A DNA stretch of 64,000 nucleotides from the human T2T-CHM13v2.0 reference genome, Homo sapiens, in assembly GCF_009914755.1 (NCBI RefSeq), contig NC_060940.1; one strand, 5' to 3'. This document shows, one piece after another, positions 53,017-64,000 of the stretch. Below the pieces are notes generated by a model. It was not told the origin of the DNA. It was given only the letters and a program-made list of their open reading frames with translations, and did not search any database. The first letter of the stretch is position 1. Every line of letters starts with the position of its first letter. The translations under genes were made by a program, and so were the position numbers.

Positions 53017-55995
53017 ATTGTGGAATTTCCCTCTATTCCTAGTTTTCTGAGAGTTTTGTCATAAATAGATGTTGAATTTTGTTTGATGCATTTTCTGCAT
53101 CAATTGATATGACCATGTTATTTTGTTTTGCTTTAGCCAGTTAACATGGTAATTATATTAATTGGGTTTTTATTATTGAACCGGCCTTGTTTCCCTGGAG
53201 TAAACCCTACTTAGTCATGGTGATAATTCAGCTTACATATTGCTGAATATTGTTTGCAAATGTGTTTTTAAGGATTTTGAATGTCAATGCTCATTTAGTT
53301 CCTCTGTATCCTTGCTGGTTTTCTGTCTAGTTGTTCTACCAATTGTTGAGAGAAAAGGAGAAAAGTGTGCAAGTATCCAACTATAACTGTGGTTTTGTCT
53401 ATTCTTTCAGTTCTGTCAGTTTTATTTCACACATTTTGCAACTCTGGCGCATACACATTTAGGATTGCTATGTCTTCTTCGTGGATTGATCTTTTTCATT
53501 ATGTATTATAATATCCTTCTCTGTCTCTGATAATTTTCTTTGCTCTAAAGTCTCCTTTATCTATTATTAATATAGTCACTCCTGCATTATTTTGATTGTG
53601 TGATATATCTTTTTCCATCCTTTAACTTTAAGCATGTCTATATTGTTATATTTGAGGGGACTTTTTTATAGACAATACATAGGTGAGCCATATTTTAACT
53701 CTGCAAATCTCTTTCTTTCAATTGGTGTATTTCATGCTTTTAAATTTAATTAATTTCTCATATGTTTGGGCTTCAGTCTGCCATTTTCTTTTTTATTTGT
53801 CTTTTTTAATGTTATTTTTAACTGTTTTCCACCTTTTCTTAACTTAGCTGATGCCATTTTATTGATTTTTTTGTTTGTTTATTCTATTTTTCATCTTTCT
53901 GTTTTATTTTTCCTACCTTCCTGTGGGTACTTAAAGATTTTTTTAAAATCTCTTTTTGATTTATCAATAGTGGTTTTGATTGTATCATTTTGTATAACTT
54001 TTTAGTGATTGCTGTAGGTAACACTTCAGTGTAGTGATGTCATCATTTTATTAGTTCAAATGAAGTATAGAAAACTTACTTTCATTTATGTCTTATTACC
54101 ATTCTGAATTTATAATAGTTATCTTAAATATTTCCTCCATACACATTTAGAATCATATCAGACAGTGTTATAATTTTTGCTTCAACTGTCAAAATTCAAG
54201 AGGAGAAGAAACATGTATTGTATTTACCCATATTTATGCTTACCATGTTTTTTGTTTCTTTTTGGTGTTCTGATATATGTTTTTTCCTCTTTTTAAAAAA
54301 TTACCTTTCTGTTTAGAGAATGGAGTTTATCCATTCTTTCAGGGTAGGTCTGCTGGTGATAGAATCTCTTATTTTCCTTCATCTGAGATTGTCTTGGTTT
54401 CTTCCTGATTGCTAAGTGATGTATTTACTGGTATAACTTTCTGAGTGGGTAGTTTTTTTCTTTCAATCACTGGAAACTCTTGTGCCACATCCTAGCCTTC
54501 ATGGTTTCTAATAAACAATCCGTTGTCATTCTAATTATTTTTCCCCTATAGGTAATGTGTTATCTCTGGCTACTGTCAAGATTTTTTTCTTTGTCTTTAA
54601 TTTTCAGAAGTTACGATGTGTCTTAGCATGGACATTTTAAAATTTATTCTGTTTGTGTTTCACTCAGCTTCTTGAATCTGTAGGTTTATGGCTCTTGCTA
54701 AGTGGGAATTTTCTGCTTTGCCCTCTGTCTCTCTCCTTTAGGAACTCAGGTGACATGAATGTTAGATACTTTGTTATGATCCCACAAATCCCTGAGGCCC
54801 TGATCATTTTTTTCCATTCTATTTTCTTTGTTTTGATCAAATTGGATAATTTCTGTTGTTCTGTCTTCCAGTTTGTTTATTCTTTCCTCTGTCCTCATCA
54901 TTCTGCTGTTGAGCCTATCTACTGAACTTTTTATTTACACTATTATATTTCTCAATTTTAAAAACTTTGCTGATACTTTCTGTTTCTTACTTAAGGATTT
55001 CTGGTTTTTTGATTTGTTTCAAGCATGTTCGTAATTGCTTATTGAAGCACTTTTATCATGGCTGCTTTAAAATCTTTGTCAGATAATTCTAACAACTCTT
55101 TCTTCTCAACGTTAGCATCCATTGATTGTATTTTTTTCATTTGGTTTGAGATCTTTCAGTTTCCAGGTATGAGGAGTGTTTTTTGATTGACGTATAGGTA
55201 TTTTGGGCATAATAGTATAAGACCCTAGATCTTATTTTAACTTTCTGTTTTAGCTGTATTTTCTTATACCACTCTGGTAGAAGAAGGGGTGAGGGCACAT
55301 CACCTCATTACTGCCAGGTAGGAATATAAGGCCATTATTTTTGTTGACATCCAGGTCCCCAGTAGGCCTCCACTAATACCTCCTTGCTGGGAAATATAGG
55401 AGTGCTTCATTACTGGTTCTCATTTGGCCTCCATTTATAGGGCAGGAGAAAAGGTGTGACCTCTTGATTGGTGATGAAATGGTTTCTTATCACCTATTGG
55501 AAATGAAAGTGTTGACTTCTTCCTTGTAGTTTTCTGACACCACCATGACTAAGAGAGTTGGGAGTTGAGCATTGTGCCTCATGATAGACTCAGGAATGTA
55601 GAAGTCTCGGTTTCTACTCAGCCTTTGCTGGAATGGATGGGGGTAGGGTAAAGTTTTTTCTGAGTGGTTATTGTCTAAAAGTTTTATTTTTGCTAGGCTG
55701 CTCTTCTCCTGTCCTTTGGCTAGAGAGACAGGCTTTTGTTGGGGATTTTTTGTATGCATGTGCTGGCATTTCTCAGTGGTTGGCTCCTTTGACTTTAAGA
55801 CTGGTATAAATAAGGCAAAAAGGAAACCCAGGGCAGTTACCATAGTGTCGTTCATAGAGTCCTGAAGTTCATAGCTAGACTGCCTTCTACCCATGTTTCT
55901 AAGTCTTTTTGTGTTTGTTTTATATGTAATGTCCAAGCTTCTTGGTTGTACTTAGTGAGAAGACTAGGGAAAATTATGTCTACTCCATCTTCCCA
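53017..55995 (-). mobile_element. Old L1M (MC/MD-class) element; its 3' part continues at 51665-51865
   Basis: T-rich degraded antisense L1 ORF2/ORF1 text (ccctctattcctagttttctgagag) and a 5'-end motif tatgtctactccatctt. Confidence 0.65.
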
Positions 55996-56120
55996 TCCAT
56001 GTATCTTTAAAATAAGTGTCTGACCTATTTATTGTCCTGCAATAAAAGTGATGATTTCTTAAAAACAGGTTATGAAACAACTTATAGGATGTAGATGATG
56101 ATGACATGAATAGCTTAGAA

Positions 56121-56280
56121 CAGTAGCTCTCAAACTTAAAGTGCATTCAAACACCTGGAAGGCTTTTTAACACTGATTATGGAGCCCTACTCCCAAGAAG
56201 AAATGGGAACTAGCATTTCTAACAAGTTCCCAGGTAATACTGAAGGTGCTGCTCTGGGGACCATAGTTTGATAATCTGTT
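56121..56280. mobile_element. MER5A-type hAT MITE
   Basis: cagtagctctcaaactt...gcatttctaacaagttcccaggtaatactga...ggggaccatagtttga. Confidence 0.75.
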
Positions 56281-57098
56281 TCAGAGAAATGCTGAATAGA
56301 TGACAGATCATTAGCTTTAAATGATATTAATGGCAAATACACTTGCTTTGAGTAAAACAAATAAAAATTTGTAATAATTAAACTGAGTATTAGATATAAA
56401 ATATTTAAAGGTAGATACTTAAAAGATGATATCATATTTTTAATGAAATGGGTCTTCCCATTTTCCAGCACTATAGTATATGGCATTTGAGAGGCCAAAA
56501 GAGTAGGACACTAAGGGAAATAGTATTCATTTTATTATAAAGGGAAGAATATAGCAAAAAATAAGAGATAAGGTGATCAGTTGTTCTGTGAGCATAAAAT
56601 AATGCCTATTTTTTGGATGTTAGGCAAGAGTGTTTGAAGGATACTTTAAGCCACACTCTGATAGTTGTATGATATGCAAGATCTTTCTTAAGACTCAGAT
56701 TTGATGTCAGAAAAGCTCCATTACATTGATCTGAACTAATGATTTCCTGCTAATTACTGCACTTATCATCATAATATACCTTCCTCTAAAGTTCGTCTTT
56801 TTTTCTTGAGTTAGTGAATAAAAATGATTCTGGAATTAAAACTACTCCCATCAATAGTATGACCATTAGTTTAGATCAAGGTGAACCTAGAAATATTTTT
56901 CCCAGGTGATCACTAACTATAAAAAAGAAAAATTAAAATAGTGAAATGTCAGAATGAGGTCTCTTAGACATTATTCTTCTTACAGAAGTTGTTATAAATG
57001 TTAATAAAGAAATTTGCTCGTGAATATTCATCAGATAATGGTTCTGATTTTGTAGCCACATACATTAGAGTAATAAAGCATTTCCTTTTCTCTTTTAG

Positions 57099-57162
57099 CT
57101 CGGTTGGTTTAGCAAAAGCAGCTCTAGAAGCAATTAATGGATTCAACCTTTTTGGCAACCAG
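57099..57162 (+). CDS. PHKB: PHKB internal coding exon, 64 nt (probably exon 8)
   Basis: Acceptor tttccttttctcttttag ending 57098 and donor CAG|gtaaaa at 57163. AG|C completes a Ser codon with the previous exon, then [21 protein letters not shown], which continues the PHKB protein. Confidence 0.97.
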
Positions 57163-58189
57163 GTAAAAAATAAGACCCCCAGAATCTTTGATTATTTGAA
57201 TTGCACATTTAATTAATTTGGCTATTCATTAACAAAGTCATTTCCTTATAATCAGAGAATGTCCAAAATTTATGTAGAAGCTCATGCTTGAACTTTTCCT
57301 TTGAAAATGATTTGCCAGTTAAATTTTAGTTTTCTAACTAAAGACCATTGCTTAATTTCTTTAAAAAAAAAAAAAAAAAGAAAATTTTTTTTGATAAAGA
57401 ATTCTGATTTCCTTGGTTCAGTGACTTTTCCCTCAAATCTATTACTCATTTTGTAGAAGGTTTCACATTTTTTAATGTATTTGGCATTGTATATATATAT
57501 TTTTATGTCAGTTTTCATGTTGGTTTCAATGTAATGTATTTCAATGTATATCTCATGTAGAAGAGAATTTGTGTGATGTGTTTAGCCAGATAATTGGGAG
57601 TTTTGATCCTAGCTTCACCTTCAACTGGCTATAATCAAATGTCTAAAATCTCATTTTCTCTGGGGATGAAAAAAAAACCCTGAAGGTCGTCTTAAATTTT
57701 CATTAGATCTTTAACCAGTTTTTATACTGAAAGAATCTAATCAAGTGACCATGGATTGAGTTGTCAGTGGAAAGGAATAAAATGTAGGAATAGAGGTTAC
57801 TACTCTGGATCAAGAAGTAGGCCAATTTTCTTTAGCAGTTTTTATAAAGATTCCTAAGATGGTGAAGTAAAGTGAAGTTTCTAACTGAGAATAAAATTAA
57901 TCCTAAGCTACTGAAATGCTAAGTCAGTAAAGAAACATTTTAGGAGGTTACACAGTTGTGCAAAAAAAACGACATGGTTTTTGTTATGGCAATTATAATA
58001 CTATCTACTCAAGTCTTGAATTTAAGAATGTTTTTAATTGTAGTATATTAATGCAGCCACCTCTCTTCTCCTTCTTACGTACACAAGCACTCTTCTCATC
58101 CCAACTCCCTCTAGAGGATGGATGGGCTCTGTCTATATGAAGGTCATGAGGAATTACCACACACTCTGGATCACCCATTTTCATATTCC

Positions 58190-58211
58190 TGGATGGATGG
58201 ATGGATGGATG
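58190..58211. repeat. (GGAT)n simple repeat
   Basis: Five tandem GGAT units read directly. Confidence 0.85.
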
Positions 58212-58269
58212 AATAGATAGACAGACAGGAGTAGGAGGATAAAATGACTTTAAAGAATGGCATTATATT

Positions 58270-58856
<587 letters not shown>

Positions 58857-59290
58857 TAGAGCATATATCAAGGAGACTGAGAGGAGGCATGGATTAAACC
58901 AGAGCTGATGTTAACAGCAGTCTGGAAAGGTACAGGTCTTGCTAACCTGGCTTCTGTGACATACCAAATACTGAGCTGAATGGAGCTGAGTGTCTCTTGG
59001 TTGGCTGTTACATGGTAGTAGCCAGCTCTTTTTTGCAATAGTGTCATCTCCTTTGAAGTACCTGAGTCTTAGTGTATGTTGCTTACATACCTGTATGCAC
59101 CCCTTCCTATTGTGTGTATACTCACACACATACATACAAGCTACATTTCCTAACTCTACCCATCTTTCAGTGCTCTACTTTTCCCAGGAAGCTTTCATAA
59201 ATTGCTCAGCTATAATTCTAAAATCGCTAAATTACTTTACTCTGCATTTGGATTCTGAGTTATAACTGTATTGCTGATATTGTTCCTCAG

Positions 59291-59467
59291 CCAGTTTCTC
59301 AATCTTGACTATGCATTGGAATCATTTGAGGAATTAAAAAAAATACTCATATATGAGCTCTACTTCCAGGGATTCTGATTTAATTGGTGTAGGGGGAGGC
59401 CTTGGCATTGAGATTTTTTGGAACTTCTCAGGAATTCTAATATACAATCAAGGGCGAGAACAACTGC
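59291..59467. mobile_element. MER5-type hAT MITE
   Basis: cagtttctcaatcttgactatgcattggaatca...gattctgatttaattggt...gagaacaactg. Confidence 0.75.
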
Positions 59468-59588
59468 TCTAAGCCGAGTTAATTTTTGGCCTTGTTCAGG
59501 TCACGTCTATTTCCAGTGGAGCTATGCACCAAATATTTGCTGAATTGACTACTACTTGATTGTTTCAGATAGAAATATGGACAGATAA

Positions 59589-59973
<385 letters not shown>

Positions 59974-62900
59974 TAGTGTCAGTGTCCTTGTTTTACAAAT
60001 TCCCTTTCGTCTCTTTTTTCTGATGTGGAGAATTGCAGAAATATGACTTTGAAAATGTTACTATTACCACCTCTACAGCAGTTAAATTAATAATGTGCCT
60101 GCTAAACAGTGGCACATTTAAAAGTGCATGTGATCTTTTTAGTGTTTAATCATTTTATAATGTCATTGTATATACTTAAAAGAGCTGTGATCTAATTAAA
60201 AGTCAGTTGCTGGGAAAAGAATTGACATAAAGAAATGCTTTTATTCAAATGAAAATCCATAGAAACCACCTCAAGACTTGAGGGATTTCAGATCATATTG
60301 ATATTCACTGTTATTTCTAAAGGCCATTGGTATAAGGTTTTGGAAGACCTGATCGTGTGTCTTTAACTAAATTAATTAGAACTTTCAAAAAGTACATTCC
60401 TTCTTGGTGGCAACTCAAGAGAGATGGTAGAGCCCCTCTCTCAAAATGAATGATCGGAAGATTGAGGTAGTGTTTCTCAGATCACACCACACAGGGGCAA
60501 AACCAGGAGTAAAACCAATGCCACTCCATAATGAATCTATTAATAGAAGATCAATTTGTTGGTATGGGAAATTTCAGCTGTTGGACACTTTCTACTTTTA
60601 GAATTGGGAGCTGTGCATTTTCTTTGAAAACTCTTAAGCTGTTTTTTGCTTAATAATTATTGAGCTTCTGAAAGAGGTATCCATTTCACAAATAGTGTGA
60701 AAGGCTTGCCTTTTGCCCCTGGCTTCAGCATATGAGATAAAACAAATGTTAATTTTATTTTTACGGGCAGTTGTTGGGTGGTAAAGTTTTTTGCTTTGGT
60801 TATGATTATTATGCGTTCCTATACTTCCTCCTTTTTTTCCAATAATAACTTATTATTCAAGGAAAAAAAAAACACTTTAAATCTTTTTCTGAAACTATTT
60901 TCCAAATTTATTTTTCTTTGGGACACTGAGAATAAGATGTGATAAAAAGGCCTAGTTTCCATAATGATTTGTTTACAATAAAAGCCAATTTGGGGCAGAG
61001 CTACATTTAGAAACATATATAATCCTCAATATGGGAATCACATATTTCATCATGATCTCAAATATATTCTGTATAAATTTCATGACAAATATATTTAAAT
61101 ATTATTTAAATAATGTTTGATAATATTTAAACAGTAATATTTTAGTCTATCAGAATTTATTTTCATCAAATGTCATAGTCATAGTAAGCAACAGTTTTGT
61201 GATTCCTGGGTTTGAGTCTCAGCTCTGCTCTTTTGAGACCCTGAAAATTCATGTTCAAATTTATCTTTCTCTGTAGTTTGAGAATTCCTTTCACAGTATG
61301 TGCATGAGGACGAAGAAGCTTGGGTTGTGAGAGGGGCTGCTGGAAAGAGCTGTTGGGTCAGTAAGCAAAAGTTGGCTATTTACACATCTATTGCCACCAC
61401 AGCCTTGGTGCAGAAGGGAAATTCCTATCAGTAAATACCCTTTCCGGAAGAATACATTTCTCCAGGCTCTGCTACAGAGCTCAGTGACAGCCTCATAACT
61501 GAACTAGGGGAGAAAATCTCCTGACCATAGTTTTGCGGTGTGGTTTTGTTCCAGAATAAGAATGTGAAGATCATGTACGATAGGTAGATCCAATGACCAG
61601 TTGTACCTTGTTTTATTTTTTGAGTCTAGATGAGGGCAGCAAGTCCCTTAGCTCAGGCTCTGAGAAGTGATTAATGAAGAAAAGAAAGATCAGTCTTCAA
61701 ATTGTTTTCTTTTTAATTGAGACCAGTGAGATCAGCAAAGTCTTATGTTTACAGTTGGTACCCTTGGCCTTAGGGACTGTCTCAAAAGTGGTTGTTCTGG
61801 TCATGGGATTAAGGGAAGTGCAGTGCAGCCCTTCCCCACCACTGGAACTCAAGTCCCCATGACAGTGGTCAGGTTTCAGAATCATCTTCCAGTCCCAGTG
61901 CATTTACTAGACTAAAACAATTATAGAAACTTGGCTAGGGAGTAAAGTTTGAGCTGTCAGTCTTAAAATAAGCTCTTTAGGTGGAGTCAGGATATTATGG
62001 CAGAATTATAATGTTTTCAGGAAATGGAAGATGAAAATAAAATATCCAAAGTTAATCTGATACTCTGAAGTGACATATACATATAAAACATCCTTTCATA
62101 TTCCTATCCTTAATTGGGGAAATCAAGATACTGACAAATGAGCCGAGACCAGAATCTAAAAGGTAATGACTAGAGAGATTGCTCATGTTATGCAAAGTGT
62201 TCAAAGCAGTGCAGACATCTAGCTTCCTTTGAAATTTGCAGGCCTTAAATTAATGTGTCTGATTATTTAAAGTAGGTGATAATTAATTCCATTTGTGGGT
62301 TCTCCTTGATGACTCTTAAAAAGACTTGCTTCTGGATTGGGAATAGCTGCCCATGACCTGGGGAGATTTTACCCTCCTGGAAATCTGGACCGTAATGCCT
62401 AAAGCATGGGATATTTTTGTAAGAAGACAGCCAAACAATATAGTTAATCACCCTTTGGTCTTGGTGTTAAAATATGGTAACATTATAAGATTATTTTTCC
62501 CTTTGGGCATATTTCTTAGGTTGGCAGAGAAAAATTGAGAGCTGAATAAATACTTTGATGAATTTAGACAAATAAGCCATTTATTTACGGCCAGAAAATA
62601 GAAGTTGGCTGTTTACATTAATCAAGTAACATAGAGAATTGCCAAATTTGCCATTTCACTTCATTATTTATAAATTATCCTACTTAGATTGTATCTTTTG
62701 AAAATTTAATTCCAGGCAGATAGTTTGGTATGCAATTAACTTTATTAATTCTTGGCCTAAAGATAAATTATAGCTCCTATTTTTTGTGTATTCATAGGCT
62801 CCTAACATATTATATCCATTTATTTCTCTGCTGTTTTGTTCTAACTACCCTACTTGCTCCCATTTCACCAAAATTCAGAGCCTAGCTATGGTCCTCACCT

Positions 62901-63804
62901 TCTCTATGAAGTGCCCCAACTTCCCTGGGGACTTGTTTTATAATTTTCTTCTCCCCCTTAAACCACTAACTTTGGTGAAACTAAGTCATGTGTTGTGGTA
63001 TGCTGCCTTTTTGTTTTCTTAATAATCTTGTTCAGGACTGTTGCCTGGGTCAGCTTCTTGAGAGCACAGGTCAAATTTGATCTTGTCTGTTTTCCTGAAA
63101 GCAGAGTGCACAGTACCTTGCCAGCGGCAGCTGCTGCTGAACCAGTAGAGATGGGAGGTTGGAACTCCGGAGTGACAGAAAGGACAGTTTACCATTCATC
63201 TGGTGGTTGAGAGACAGCCTCACCGAATCACTGTTCATTTATTAATTTACTTGTCAGATTTTAAAAAGATTTTAAAATGATATTCTGAATGAGAAATCAT
63301 TCTATTTTATGAGCTAATTTTCATGTACAAACATGGGCTACTAGGAAAAAAATACCTCTAGTGAATCTGACATCTGGATATGGGGTCTGGTGCTGCTAGA
63401 TTTTGAAGTTCAGTGTAGGTGATTGGTTGGAGATATTTTTGTTTCAGTTTGAATGCATCTGTGAAGTTGTTGAGAATTAGGATGAGATTCAGAAAATAGT
63501 ATTAAAGTAACATGAAATTTATAATTCTCTTCTCCCTTTCCCCATGTATTTTTCTGAGTATTCTCCTTATTCCCATCCAGTTCTATGTGATTTCAAATAT
63601 TTAGCTCCCCAGTAAAGCTGTTGAATATGGAATGCACTAGTTTTAACCTGGTTAGCAGATAGATTAAGATTTTCTGTTACACCTATTTGTTTCATTCAAG
63701 CTTTTTTTTTTCTTACTTGAAATATATATATGTGTGTGTGCATATATACGTATATGGGGGAATTGTATAAAAAATATATATATGGGGGAATTGTATAATC
63801 TAGT

Positions 63805-63985
63805 GTTTAAAGAATGGGCCTCTGTGTCAGAGACTTGATTTTGAAACTTTACTCTGTTAAAGTAAGTCTTAATGTCCTTTTCAGTAAAATGGGGAAAACA
63901 ATATCTACATACGGATGTTAAATGAGACAATCCATGTGACACATAAAGCATAGTGCCTGATGTGGTGAATATTTGTTCAGATTAG
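63805..63985 (+). mobile_element. MIR SINE
   Basis: cagtaaaatggggaaaacaatatctac...gttaaatgagacaatccatgtga...gcatagtgcctg. Confidence 0.6.
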
Positions 63986-64000
63986 TTGCTTTATTGTTAT

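Noticed and set aside
56998-57216. 72-aa ORF as a standalone gene
   Set aside because: Only 57099-57162 is coding (the PHKB exon); the rest is intron that happens to be open in the same frame.
63750-63798. Duplicated tatatgggggaattgtataa
   Set aside because: An ordinary short tandem duplication in TA-rich sequence; the same applies to the 21-bp duplication at 7353-7394.

Overview
Human-type (primate) genomic DNA lying inside the PHKB gene (phosphorylase kinase beta subunit, + strand). Only two coding exons are present: 24235-24350 ([38 protein letters not shown]) and 57099-57162 ([22 protein letters not shown]). They splice in frame across a ~32.7 kb intron. The rest is intron, densely filled with nested transposable elements: a full-length antisense L1PA5-like element inserted into an Alu just upstream of the first exon, a 3'-truncated L1PA7-like element, a twin-primed inverted L1PA3-like element, a long L1PB-type element carrying an antisense EIF4B processed pseudogene, a Tigger1 fragment, MER52, MER11, MER31-like and MaLR solo LTRs, and about 20 Alus. 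No prokaryotic-type system (CRISPR, operon) and no RNA gene is evident, and I cannot support a new multi-gene system. The most interesting signals are: a 47-nt stop-containing insert at the probable exon1/exon2 junction of the EIF4B retrocopy (a possible fossil poison exon); a candidate 6-nt in-frame PHKB microexon formed by the retrocopy's poly(A) tail; an L1 antisense promoter region aimed at the adjacent PHKB exon; and two co-oriented L1s flanking that exon (an unequal-recombination substrate). Repeat subfamily names come from remembered consensus sequences and need RepeatMasker/Dfam confirmation.
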